Below, piece by piece: positions 1 to 11,955 of a DNA stretch of 64,000 nucleotides. Below the pieces are notes generated by a model. The model saw only the letters and a program-made list of their open reading frames with translations. It searched no databases and was not told the DNA's origin. Every line of letters starts with the position of its first letter. The first letter of the stretch is position 1. Origin of the DNA: Ophelia neglecta (Eukaryota); the NCBI GenBank assembly GCA_965285935.1, contig OZ260663.1:86180001-86244000 (forward strand). Direction: 5' to 3'. The translations under genes were made by a program, and so were the position numbers.

Positions 1-69
1 AACCCACAACGGAATAAAAATCCACAAATTCAAATTTGTGTATTGAAAATTCAACTGTGTTTGTGGACA

Positions 70-495
70 TGGCTAGGACTCGAACCCACAACCCTTGCAG
101 AACCACCATCTAGCCCAGCGATATCAGACCACTAAAGCGTGGCCGAGTGGTTAGTGTGTCCGCCTCGCAAGTGGTAGATCGGGATTCGAATCCCGATCGC
201 GTCAAACCCAAGACGTCAAAATAGGTACTGATAGCTCCCCTGCCAAACGCCCGGTATTTCGGGGGTAGTAACTGGTCCACCCGGTGTCAGCATAATGTGA
301 CTGGGTGGGGTTCCCTTTCTGGTGTCCACGGCAGGTACACCAGTGAGGCAGCACTATAAAGAGGGCATTGGGCCCACTGTCACAAGTAGGCACCGTGGCG
401 ATATGACCATATCAGTGTTGAAAGCCACGTAAAACCCCAACCAACCAACCAACCCACCCAGCGGTATCAGCGATTCGATCCGTTGTGCTACATCT
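70..495 (-). mobile_element. Older tRNA-derived element (SINE head or tRNA pseudogene), interrupted by the SINE at 128-456
   Basis: Minus strand has an A box TAGCACAACGG (490-480) and a B box GGTTCGAGTCC (86-76). They lie about 51 nt apart once the insertion and one TSD copy are removed. Outer boundaries are approximate. Confidence 0.55.
128..456 (+). mobile_element. Full-length tRNA-derived SINE (V/Meta-SINE-like core, (CCAA)n tail)
   Basis: A box TGGCCGAGTGG and B box GATTCGAATCC. Core includes GGTGTCAGCATAATGTGACTGGGTGGGG and GCAGCACTATAAA; tail is TGTTGAAAGCCACGTAAAAC(CCAA)n. 14-bp TSD CCCAGCGRTATCAG at 114-127 and 457-470 (1 mismatch). Superfamily assignment is from memory. Confidence 0.85.
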
Positions 496-2151
496 ACAAC
501 AAATTGGCAACAGTAATTGAGACTCCGAAAAGACTTCAAATTGGCGGAGAGTAGAAAGCGGACAGCGAATGTAATAAGAAAACACACTTATGTATCAAAG
601 TGGACAGTGACCGATTGCCGGAAATATGTGAAGGAACGGAATGATCACAATTCTAGCGGCGGTACAAGTCAAATAGGCTATGTTGCCTGGTAGTTAAATT
701 AACTCCGGGGTGCCTTATTATATCATCGAAATGGGAAAACACGATCGCTTACTTCATAAAGTACACCTATGAATTATAAATGTATATAAAGTTTCAATCC
801 GATGAAATGAAAGTGTAATAAATGTATCTCCAATAAGAATTAATTGCAAATCAGAACTTATTATAAACCTGACTTACTTGACAAGGTTCCATGAAGTGGG
901 CCATCATAAACCGGCGGTTCAATGTTTTCAAACTTCAAAGGTGCATTGAATATCATATTTTATTTTCTAGTAAAATTTCCCAATTATTTATGTACAACCT
1001 CTACCCCCTCACCGAAATTTATCGCCTCTTCTATTCTCTAAAATGTTCGACACTTAACTATTTCTTCAACTTAAATTCAAAACTTAAATTTTTAACTTGC
1101 AGGTGCGTAATGTGAATATTGAATAGATGAAAACGACATTAATAATGGTGATTTAATCGACTTTTGATCAGTCAACTCTAATCGCAGCTGTCGCCTGTGC
1201 ATAGTCGGGCAGAAATAATATAACCCGCCAGCAACGTGACTACCAGTGCATGCCAATTCTCATTCAGGTGTAGATCAGGGTTCGATGGAACCCCGTGACG
1301 TCACGGGTCGATCCAGTATATACGTACAGTGAAACCTACCTTAAATACCACCTCCATAGTGAGACCACCTGTCATTTCGGACCACTAATATAAAGACCAT
1401 GCAGTACACTTTCAATGTAAAATTACCTGTATAAACAGACCACCTTAATAATCAGACCAGTATTTTCAAGTCCATTGGGTGGTCTTAGTTCACAGGTTTC
1501 ACTGTATATCGAATGCGCAGAACCGGCTTTTCTTATATATCTGCGGGCCTCGGTCGAGCGAGGATCGTAGGTGGCACTCCGAATAAAATTTTTAGTGATT
1601 AATTACAATAAGCGGCTGAACATACTTCATTTAATCGATAGATTACATCAACTTAGATTCAAATATTCAATGCTTGACAAATCTGGACAAACAAGAATTT
1701 AAACGAAAAGGATAGCAGCATCGTATCTGATTCAAAATTGCTCACATTCGGATTGCTCGGATAAACCCGAGTTGTTGGCGACTTTTGTCGATTATTGCGC
1801 TCATTTTACTTGGAATGCCAGGGCAAATGGTAAAGAATAGCTAGGTACAACATCCTATAATGGGGTTTTGGTGCAAAATTGTCTTTTTTTTCCAAAATCA
1901 CCGACTGAAACGTTAGTTAGTTTCATGCAGACTATGACAGAAAAAAGTCCGATTTGTTGATGTTTTTTTTTTATTCTTTAACATGTTAACGCGTTCATAT
2001 TTAGGTAATATGGGAGAGAGATAAAAAGAAATAACATGTATTAAAATAGGAAAAGTGCTCAATAGACTCGTTCGCCGAAAAAAAACTTTTCAATGGACTA
2101 GATAGCTACTTGTATGCTGACTTTTTGTGACAGCACCCATTTTATCATTAC
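251..2151 (+). repeat. Older segmental duplication block upstream of GPCR A, paralogous to 8487-10400 and 23264-25177
   Basis: Colinear sequence (SINE 3' half, CRE palindrome, MITE) with scattered substitutions and indels. Homology ends at TTTATCATTACA. Confidence 0.85.
1327..1504. mobile_element. Tc1/mariner-pogo-type MITE (178 bp)
   Basis: TA|CAGTGAAACCT...AGGTTTCACTG|TA: terminal inverted repeats, TA TSD and internal AGACCA repeats. Confidence 0.85.
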
Positions 2152-3076
2152 AGTATATCACCTTTATCTGTGACGCTCGCACAGTCATTCGAACTGAAGT
2201 CAGCATATTTGGTATGTATCGATATCCTCGCTTCTGGGAACCCCGACTTAGCTATTATTGTCGATAATATATTGACTACAAGGTCCCGACTCATTAACGG
2301 CCGCTAAAGTAGTGGAGAAAATAGATAAAAGGTTAAGCATACCCACTCTAATTAGCATCGTATAGTGATAATAGAGCTTACTTTATGTGTTTATAACATA
2401 TTACTCAATCCTATATAGCTATGTGTTTTGGTTTTCTGCATTATTTTGTTTCTTCTATTTTCACCTATATATCAATGTTTGTACTCTCTCCAATGTGGAG
2501 GTTAAATAAATAAACAAACAAACAAACAAAACAATGTATTCTTGTGCACATGTTACGCGTTTTTAAAGAAACTGGTACCTGTTCCAACTTCCGAACTACA
2601 AAGGAACGGCGTCGGTTGCCAGGGGGAGGGGGGGGGGGTCTTGGAGGAGGGGCTCGCCGTATCACCGCTCATTTATCTCCGAAAGGAGAGAAACAGCCTC
2701 TTAAATGAATTTTCTACTCAGGACCCTATCAGAAACCCCTCCTATACAAATACAACTTGCTTATTTTTTCGGAGCATTTATATACCCACAAAACCCAATA
2801 ACTGTTTTCGTTGCGGATTTTAGTCGATGCTCACTCTTGATAGCTCGAGCAATCTAAGAATTTAGCTACCGATGGTGAGGCGTCCGACCACTGACCACGC
2901 CCTTTCTCTAACTAACTGCAGAGATCAAAGCGAAAAACAGTGTTTATATCCATTTTACACGAGAATGCCGACTTATTCTTTAAAAAATTCTTGATTAGTG
3001 AATTTATTTCGGTCAGACGATGTTTGTTAGTCATTGGTCATTAACAAGACATACGCGTTAATTTATCCTGTTTGCG

Positions 3077-3407
3077 CTGGGCCCACTTGAAGAAACAAAC
3101 AACCTGCAAACTGGTGTGACGTGTTATCCGCGATTTAATATACTCGATCGTGATAGGACGCATTTGAATATAATGACGACCAATCAACGGATGAAACCGC
3201 TGGTCTCTTTGTCTTATAATGAGCGTTTTCCAGTATCCAGCCAGATTTGTTTGTTAAAAATCAGGTGTAGCAGGCATATGTTAATATGTGCTCCACAGAT
3301 TGGACTGCACACGAATAATCGGCTATTTATTAGAACGCAAAAGAAAAACAAAAACAAGACGAGATTTCAGGGAAGAGTGTCTCATTCCGTGACTGGTACT
3401 CCGTTTG
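3077..3407 (+). promoter_or_regulatory. Putative proximal promoter/5' region shared by all five GPCR copies
   Basis: TGACGT (3117-3122) and TGACG followed by CCAAT (3174-3184) are present upstream of every copy. Homology of A to the other units resumes at about 3077. The TSS cannot be determined. Confidence 0.35.
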
Positions 3408-4475
3408 ATGGTCGGAACCTTCCGGACTCTACATGCTTTACATTTCTATTCTAAAAATAAAGACTGGATGAAGATGGAACCTACCGAGAGTTCACTTCTC
3501 GAAGTCAACACATGGACTTGGTATGTAACGGAAAGTGTAACAGACTTCCCTTTGAGCTCATTGTTAACCATATGTAGAATGAGTCTCGTATCTTTCGGCG
3601 TGATAATCGTTATTTTCAAATCGTTCACACTTTTCAGCATGTTCAAATATGGCTTCGTTCGAAAGAGAAATAACATTTTTTTGGTAATAGTGTGCTTTGC
3701 CGATTTGCTTGCTGGGGCTTTCGGAATATACAACCCTGCATTAAACGAATTTTATGGGCAGGACTTAAGCTATTCAAGATGCGTGACTTCTGTCGGAGCC
3801 TCTATATATATATCTGGATTATCCATGTACAGCATGATGTTTGCCACTTTAGAGACTTACATAAGAATTGCCCACCCTTTCATTCACAATCGTCACGAAC
3901 ATTCCTGTCATTACTTTGCGGTTGCTGGTTTGATGTTGACTTGGCTTTTTATCGTATCTGTTGCGGCTCTTACGCAAAACAAATGGCATCCACAAATAAA
4001 TTGTGTTTTCCAAGAGATGATCGCTGGGGCACAGGGTATTTTTGTTATAGTCATGGTACCGACAATTCCACTAGTTATCATAGCGATTTTGTTTGTGAAG
4101 ATTCTGCAGGTGGCAAATCGACAACGGATGGCATTAGCTGCTATACAGGTTGACCACAATGAATCTGATGAAGAACGGGCAAAGAAAAAGAAAATTAGCC
4201 AAAGAATTAAACTTTTCAAATCGTTGGTGATTCTCATGTATATTTCAGCGATTCCATTCGTCACGCGAGGAGTTATTTATGCCATATTGGGTGAAAATAA
4301 CCCTATGTCATCATTATCGATACTTGGTCGCACCGTGGTATATTTAACTGTGCTTTTAAACAATTTTGCTAATCCCTTTCTGTTCCAAAGATTCTCTCCT
4401 GATGTCAGGAAAGCACATGCAGCTATATACGAACGTTTTTGTTGCGCCAAAAAAAACGAAAATGCAATCCCATGA
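3408..4475 (+). CDS. Intronless orphan class A GPCR, copy A
   Basis: Seven hydrophobic segments; TM2 CFADLL, C3.25 with ECL2 Cys, ETY-IRIAHPF, TM4 W, P5.50, TM6 AIPF, TM7 NNFANPFLF, helix 8 followed by CC. First in-frame ATG is 3408; ATG 3474 (AAGATGG, MEPTESS, 333 aa) has the better Kozak context. N1.50 is K in this copy. Confidence 0.92.
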   Translation: MVGTFRTLHALHFYSKNKDWMKMEPTESSLLEVNTWTWYVTESVTDFPLSSLLTICRMSLVSFGVIIVIFKSFTLFSMFKYGFVRKRNNIFLVIVCFADLLAGAFGIYNPALNEFYGQDLSYSRCVTSVGASIYISGLSMYSMMFATLETYIRIAHPFIHNRHEHSCHYFAVAGLMLTWLFIVSVAALTQNKWHPQINCVFQEMIAGAQGIFVIVMVPTIPLVIIAILFVKILQVANRQRMALAAIQVDHNESDEERAKKKKISQRIKLFKSLVILMYISAIPFVTRGVIYAILGENNPMSSLSILGRTVVYLTVLLNNFANPFLFQRFSPDVRKAHAAIYERFCCAKKNENAIP

Positions 4476-4515
4476 AAATAGAAATGTTTGGAATCGGATT
4501 AGGTATGGGATATTA

Positions 4516-5248
4516 CAGCAGAAACTCGTCACATAAAGAAAATCGAAAAAAAAACCCAAACTCGGTTTGGATGCAGAAATCACAAATCAATTTGCAGCTG
4601 ACGTCACTTCCTATGAGATTGGAAGTGGCTTCCCAAGTACTCTCGTAGTGCGTACATTGTTTCGCTAACTATAGTAGGGAAGGTATGTTCTTTGCCTATG
4701 AAATACATGATATGTTTCGTTTTTCTTTATTTCTCGCGGTGTGCAACTTTAGGTTATTTCATTTCCCGTACTGGTATAAAAACTATATTACCATATTCGA
4801 ACCTTACCGCGTTTTGTGACGTCAGAGGGTCAAGTGCTTGTCACGAGTCTGCTGCTTGCCTCCAGATTTCAAAGCTTGTACATCGTCGGTGGGTTGGTAC
4901 TGCCGTATCAGTTTGTGAACATTGGAGAGCGATATGAATAAATTTTCCGCGATATATTTAGGCGAATGTCCCTGAATGTGAAATTGGTATATCACTCTCC
5001 CCCGCAGATCTCTGCTCAAAGCCTTGACCATGACAAGATGACGACTGCGGCAATGTAGCGCTGTTGTAATAACACTGCATTTCCCCCATCTATATATAGG
5101 TAGGCACCCGTAAACAGGGCACAGCCTGTACCCGCCAATCTCATAGGAAGTGACGTCAGCTGCAAATTGATTTGTGATTTCTGCATCCAAACCGAGTTTG
5201 GGATTTTTTATTTTTTTTTGCTTTTCTTTATGTTGCGAATTTATGCTG
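4516..5248 (-). mobile_element. Internally deleted IS630/Tc1-mariner DNA transposon (733 bp)
   Basis: TIRs of about 107 bp (4516-4622 vs 5135-5248) and a TA TSD. The empty site GATAT-TA-AGAATT is present downstream of copies B, C, B' and C'. The interior encodes a transposase N-terminal HTH. Confidence 0.9.
4822..5031 (-). pseudogene. Truncated transposase: N-terminal paired-like HTH only (69 aa)
   Basis: MVKALSRDLRGRVIYQFHIQGHSPKYIAENLFISLSNVHKLIRQY...KSGG matches the IS630/Tc1 N-terminal pattern (S.DLR.RV...G.S...IA..L.IS...V). No DDE domain. TATATATA lies about 60 nt upstream (5091-5098). Confidence 0.75.
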
Positions 5249-6652
5249 TAAGAATTAAAGATAGAACATGTAGTTTATAATATTAATAAGATATGCGAAG
5301 CAGGAGGGCCACAGGGCTAGGAAATGTAATGAAAAATGGTAGACAGACGCTCAATGGGGCATGTGCCTCTCATTACGTAAAGACAGAGAATCAGTCGTAA
5401 ACTGTTAGATACAGTGGAGAGAATAATTGATCAGGAGCTATTTAGTCTCAATTCAAGTCCTTGTTTGCAGTTTACAAATTTTGTATACGCAATGTACTAA
5501 ACATCACATGTTTATTATATATTTTCCAAAAGAGATAATTCCCTAGAAAGATTATGCTTCAGATTAGGGTTTAACCCTGGGACTCCGAACTGTCTGGTGC
5601 GGCAGGTGTGATTTCTTAAATATTAAAATAGAATGCAAAATGGTAGGATACAATTTAAACATGAATGATTTCATTTTATGGATACTAATTCCATGAACAT
5701 TCAACATGTTTAACTGACCAGGTGTAGGAGCTGTTTGTTCCCCACATGGAGATAACACAATTAACCTAACCTAACATTCGTTCAGTCTATAAGGGTTAAC
5801 TTCCTAAATATCCACACTTTCTTGGTTGTTTGCATTTCTTCTTATCGAGTTAATGAGTATTACAACATTTGGTTAAATCACCCAGGTTTAATCATTTTAT
5901 ATTTAGTTGGTGAAATCATTAACGGAGGGTTAATATACCCTGGTAAATATAACCTAAATCATGTCTTTTGTCAAGAGTCACGTAATGATGCATTCAAAGT
6001 TCCCATTGTATTTGATTATGATTTAATGTGGTATTAATTTGTGGTAGAAACTGACAGAATTGGTAAAATTCGTAGTAAACACAGTACGGTCGCTGCAAGA
6101 TTACGCAGGCATCTGATGAAACTTGCATGTAGAGTTATTTGTTGTATAGTTATGGTTTTTCTTCAATAAATTCGAGTTGCAATAATAGGATCGTTTATAC
6201 TATCTGTTGGTGAGTATAGCAAATCTACCTAAAATCAATAGGTTCTCCTGAATCAATATCGAATTTTCTTAGTATATGTGGTTTATTTATATTTAAACAC
6301 CAGCTCTAGGTACAATAATAATGACACTAAGCCTGACAATAATAATTTATATTTAATTTCCTTAAAAAGCAGTAGAAAATTAATTGTCCACAGTAAAACA
6401 CGCGGTTTACAAGAAAACAACTATGAACAAGAGACTCAGGACCAACAAGAAACAATTAATACTTAATAAATTTATTTCTTAAGTAATTAGAAAGCAGTGA
6501 TATTTACCAACAATCTAAAGATCACCTATTGAAGCAAGCCCGATTTAGGGAAAAATAGAAGGTGCACCAAATCGGTAACGTTGACCTTCGCACGAACTAG
6601 CGCTTATAGCATTTTTTCAAGTTGATATAGGAGCCTTTGATATATATAATTG

Positions 6653-7514
6653 GTTTAAACATATTTTATTAACGGGACCGACCAAATAGCGCGGGGCTAA
6701 TCTAGTGGCTTCTCCCTAAATTTACAATACAGTTTAGTAACTTAGCATATGGATATGACATAGATAAACAGTCAAAGATAAACAGTTAAAGACGAATGAA
6801 TAACATCAACATATGTACATACATCTCGTACAGTATTTAGAATAACTAAATAGATAAAGATAAAGATAATAATAATTAAATTAAAATAAAATACGTGGTG
6901 CAAAAAAATAAATAATAATGATATTTAATATTAGTTGGTTGTGTCCCGTTATTTCAATATACAGACGTTTAAAACAGCCCGGTGTGAGTTTAAACTTTTG
7001 TCGTTCGTACCAAATAGTAAAGGAACGACCGAGGCGCGAATACCATTTGTGTAAAGGAAGTCCAGCATGGCGGCCCTGGAGACCACAAAACGGCTGCAGT
7101 GAAAAAAGTAATGAGAGGGTGTCTCATAATCCTCTCCACAAAGGCACAGTGGACTATCAATGCAGTGATTGTTAAACAGATCAGAATTTAAAGCGCTGCA
7201 TCCCATTCTCATCTCGGACAAGCTTATATTGATGGATCGGGAGCCCAGACGGAAGTAAGCAGAAGGCGAGGGAAGTGTAGGATTTGTTTTAACTTTAAAA
7301 ACGTTAAGAGAGACAAGAGATTGAAATTCCACAGGTAAATTATTCCACAATGAAATTGTATGAGGGAAGAAGGATCGTTTAAAGTACTCTGTTCGCACCT
7401 TGAACTGGGGAATTTTCATAGAGGCAGTAGAACGTGTGTGGTGACCATGATTAATCTTGGCTGGCAAGATTGAAATCAGATATTGGGGTGCTCTGTGGTG
7501 GTAAATTTTGTATA
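6653..7514 (-). mobile_element. 5'-truncated non-LTR retrotransposon (CR1/L2-like): ORF2 C-terminus and 3'UTR
   Basis: Perfect 14-bp TSD GATATATATAATTG (6639-6652, 7515-7528). Peptide RTEYFKRSFFPHTISLWNNLP and CCHC knuckle CLCG..ETPSHYFFHC. 3' end AATAAAATATGTTTAAAC. Empty sites near 16652, 31432 and 36983. Confidence 0.9.
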
Positions 7515-8486
7515 GATATATATAATTGTGTAGGTCAACCGGTACTTCGTAGATCGAAAGTACATTTAAATAAAGCTGCTAAAGTTTCTTTTCTATCGTT
7601 TTGAAACCAACCCATAAATCTCTGGGACACACAATGGCACCGTCACCATGTTGAAAATAGGCCACGCCTTATTTTTTTCGATCAAAAGTATGCACGATGG
7701 TGTTGAAACCTTCTCTCCAAAAGCGGTCTATGGCCCGTGGATACATGAATATTCGATTTCGAAATGGATTTGTTATTTTCAAATTGGGAGTAGGCCAAAG
7801 CTTATTTTTGACTTCAAAATGTATTCTCGATTAGCTTCAGGGTTCGCGGTATGCACTGTATGTATACTTCTACATGCAATCAATCAATCCCGGCCCTATA
7901 CTAAATAAATTTATACCAAATATAAGTCAAACCTGGATCATAACTTAAATGCACCAGAATTGCTTTTAAGCAAAAAAGGTTATATAAAATTCACTAAGAT
8001 AACTTAATTATAAAAAAGGAATTAAATATTCATAAGCTCTGAATGTCGAAATATTCAAAATCATGTAAGTTCGCATTCGACGCCAAGATTTCAACGTGCT
8101 TTTAATTAAGAAACATTCATTGAGAAATAATCGAAACATCAAATGGATCAAAATTATAAATTCAGGAAAAAATAAATTGCCTGGACCTGATGGTTTATAA
8201 TTTATTCTTTTGGACCAACATGATAAAATGTTCTGATGTCTGACCCAGTGTCATATCATTTTGTTGATAAGATTATCCTTATTTTAAAACAGTAAAAGAT
8301 TAAATCGAAATATCAGTCACACTTTGCCTCTTTTGTATTATCCTTTACTGTGACACAATGTGCTTGAGGTGCTGATAAACTGCATTGAGTAAAGCTATAT
8401 ATATATATTAAAGCTATGCCTTTTTATTTGACAAATGCAAATAATTAGCCAATATAAACAAACAATAGTAAAAAAATATCGTTATA

Positions 8487-8688
8487 CCGGTATTTCGGGG
8501 GTAGTAACTGGCCCACCCGATGTCAGCATAATGTGACTGGGTGGGGTTCCCTGTCTGGTGTCTACGGCAGGTACACCAGTGAGGCAGCACTATAAAGAGG
8601 GCATTGGGCCCACTGTCACAAGTAGGCACCGTGGCGATATGACCATATCAGTGTTGAAAGCCACGTAAAACACCAACTAACCAACCAA
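8487..8688 (+). mobile_element. 5'-truncated duplicate of the SINE at 128-456
   Basis: Same core, tail and 3' flank (CCCAGCGGTATCAG), so it was copied by segmental duplication rather than retrotransposition. Confidence 0.85.
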
Positions 8689-9563
8689 CCCAGCGGTATC
8701 AGCGATTCATCCACAACAAATTGGCAACAGTAATTGAGACTCCGGCTGTTCAATAGGGGTCTCCAGAGATCAGTACCCCCATGTTCGCCAGGTGGCGCGT
8801 CATGTATCCGACCAACATGACACTACTTGAAGGGTTAAATTTCAAATTGGCGGAGAGTGGAAAGCGGACAGCGAATGTAATAAGAAAACACACTTATATA
8901 TCAAAGTGGACAGTGACCGATTGCCGGAAATATGCGAAGCAAAGGAATGATCACAATTCTAGCGGCGGAACAAGTCAAATAGGCTATGTTGCCTGGTAGT
9001 TAAATTAACTCCTGGGTGCCTTATTATATCATCAAAATGGGAAAACACTATGGCTAACATCATAAAGTACACCTATAAATTATAAATGTATATAAAGTTT
9101 CAACCCTATGAAATAAAAGTCTAATAAGTGTACCGGCGGTTCCATGTTTTCAAACATCTAGGTGCATTGAATATTATATTTTATTTTCTAGTGAAAGTTC
9201 CCAATTATTTATGACCAATCTCTACCCCCTCACCGAAATTTATCGCCTCTTCTATTCTCGAAAATGTTCCACACTTGACAATTTCTTCAACTCTGAAAAA
9301 CGTAAGGGACACCTTAAAAAACAAAATTTAAATTCTTAACTTGCAGGTGTGAAATGTGAATATTGAATAGATGAATACGACATTAATAATGGTTATTTAA
9401 TCGACTTTTGATCAGTCAACTTTAATCGTAGCAGTGCATAGTCGGGCAGAAATAGTATAACACGCCAGCAACGTGACTATACGTGCATGCCAATTCTCAT
9501 TCAGGTGTAGATCAGGGTTCGACGGAACCCCGTGACGTCACGGGTCGATCCAGTATATACGTT

Positions 9564-9741
9564 CAGTGAAACCTACCTTAAATACCACCTCCATAGTGAG
9601 ACCACCTGTCATTTCGGACCACTAATATAAAGACCATGCAGTACTATTTCAATGTAAAATTACCTGTATAAACAGACCACCTCAATAATCAGACCAGTAT
9701 TTTCAAGTCCATTGGGTGGTCTTAATTCACAGGTTTCACTG
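9564..9741. mobile_element. MITE, duplicate of 1327-1504
   Basis: CAGTGAAACCT...AGGTTTCACTG in the same flanking context. Confidence 0.85.
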
Positions 9742-11448
9742 TATATCGAATGTGCAGAACCGGCTTCTCATATATCTGCGGGCCTCGGTATCGTAGGGGG
9801 CACTCCGAATAATTTTTTTAGTGATTAATCACAATAAGCGGCTGAACATACTTCATTAAATCGATAGATGGCATCAACTTAGATCCAAATGTAAAATGCT
9901 TGACGAGGAAAGGCAATTATTTTCTCCACCATCTGGACAAAGAAGAATTTAAACGAAAAGGATAGCAGCATCGTATCTGTTCCAAAATTGCCCACATTCG
10001 GATTGCTCGGAGAAACCCGAGTTGTTAGCGATTTTTGTCAATTATTGGGCTCATTTTACTTGGAATGCCAGGGCAAATGGCAAAGAATAGCGAGGTACAA
10101 CATCCTATAATAGGGTTTTGGTGCAAAATAGCCTTTTTTTCCAAAATCACCGACCGAAACGTTAGTTAGTTTCATGCAGACTATGACAAAAAGTCCGATT
10201 TGTTGACGATATTTTTATTATTCTTTAACATGTTAACGAGTTAATATTTAGGTAATATGGGAGAGAGATACAAAGAAATAGCGTGTATTAAGATAGGAAA
10301 AGTGCTCAATAGACTCATTCGCCGAAAAAAAAAACTTTTCAATGGACTAGACAGCTACTTGCATGCTGACTTTTGTGACAGCACCCATTTTATCATTACA
10401 AGTCTAGCTGTGTACATAGGTAACGTTAGGATTCAGAAATGAAAACATAAAAGGCGCGTAAATGAATTCAAAATATAGGTAATTAAAAACGAGTTTCTGT
10501 GGTAATGAGTGTTTACAGAGCGTTTGCTTTAGGAGGCAAGTCAAGGAAGCTTATAACTCTTAACGTTTAATAAATACGTATTTTAAGCGAGTTAATTTTC
10601 GTTATTTTACGCTATGTCGCTCGAGGATACTACGTAAAGACTATGTAGGTGCAGCTACATAGCTAAATACAATTTATTGCAGCAATAAATTACTTTCTAA
10701 TTTTTGGGACAACTGTTTTGTATATAATAATAATTTAGAATACTTAATGCAGGAATGGGTACAAATGTTTGCCACTTTTTCTGGTACAGGCCGTAACAAT
10801 GTGGAATAGGTTATAATTGTAAAAGGGCATGTGAACATGTGACCAAGTGTGCGGTCAGCCGTGGATGAAGCTGTATTGGCTAGGTCCTTTCCACACTGAC
10901 CCTCTGCCAGACAGATACTGTTTGAACCCTCCTCCAGCCCAATCACCGACCAACTAAGACTAATTATTATTGAGGAAATTATATATACTTCGGCTTCTCG
11001 AGTAGGTGGGTGGATGATTTGCACACTGAATAATACTATCGGCAAACTTATAGGTTATAATATTTCCTGTGTAAACCAACTAATTTCTGCATAATATTCG
11101 ATGAGCAGTTCATTTGTATGTTCAATTATGTAGTGGGTTACTTGCCTCCACCTTTGTGAATTTGTTATATTAAATGATATAACCATATCCGACACTATCA
11201 ATTGCTTGTTTTTGTTAATTCACAAATAGAACTGCATCTTTCGTTGACACATAAAATTAGAAAACGGTTAGTGAAAATAAAGGTGAGTGTGTGTGTGGGG
11301 GGGGGGGGCGGGGGGGGGGGATAGACGGAATTGGAGGTCATGGACATTTCTAGAGGCAATGAAGCATGATATACTTACTGAACGGTTAACGCTCAGGTTG
11401 AAGTTCATTTTAGGGTTAGAGTTAGGGTTATTAAAGTCTTGTGTTGTT

Positions 11449-11511
11449 TTATAATCTGAGGACTTCCTCTGGTTTTTTATTTAAAAACCAGGGGAAGTCC
11501 TCAGATTATAA
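11449..11511. repeat. 63-bp near-perfect inverted repeat (hairpin) next to a TTAGGG-like tract
   Basis: 29-bp arms TTATAATCTGAGGACTTCCYCTGGTTTTT with 1 mismatch and a 5-nt loop. TTAGGGTTAGAGTTAGGGTTA at 11410-11430. Duplicate at about 26225-26287. Confidence 0.9.
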
Positions 11512-11955
11512 CATTATATTATTAAACAATGCGGCGCCAAAGTGCTGAACTTCAGCCGAAACATTGGAACAAGAAGGCATCTCCAAATTAGTGTCAGCTG
11601 GATGGTATCCATCACTTATGCCCGGATGTACGTGGATATGCGTTTGTCAGATTCATAGACCTGCACATCCATTCAGTACTATACATAACGAAGTATAATA
11701 GCTTAAAATGTCACGCGACTTACTCGATTTGTCAAGGTCGTATTTAGTGATATATTCGAGATGAAATTCGCATGGGCGATAATGAGAGAAAGAACTCATA
11801 ACTTCATCTCTGGTTCCAGGTTTATTCTGTTTTCATCCATCAATGCTTATGGAAGGGAAAGTGTAAAGTTTATGAACGTGCCCATAGAAACTTTTTAATT
11901 TGATTTCTATTGTTTAAAGTACCTTCTGATAAGTGTAAATGAAAAAGTGCATGTA

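Noticed and set aside
128-205. Possible functional tRNA gene
   Set aside because: The tRNA-like head continues into a SINE core and tail and is bounded by TSDs.
3116-3454. Upstream ORF (MTTNQR...) before the receptors
   Set aside because: Interrupted in B and B'; its ATG is part of the TGACG-CCAAT motif and probably lies upstream of the TSS.
3692-4153. 153-aa Cys-rich alternative-frame ORF overlapping every GPCR copy
   Set aside because: Starts at GTG, has no recognisable domain, and its persistence is explained by the recent common origin of the copies.
3446-4264. Antisense ORFs within the GPCR genes
   Set aside because: Shadow frames of hydrophobic coding sequence with variable lengths among copies.
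10674-11045. 123-aa minus-strand ORF, duplicated at 25451-25822
   Set aside because: TTG start, no motif recognised, and the second copy exists only because of the segmental duplication.
11410-11430. TTAGGG-like repeats as a telomere or fusion relic
   Set aside because: Only about three imperfect units; such tracts are common inside invertebrate repeats.
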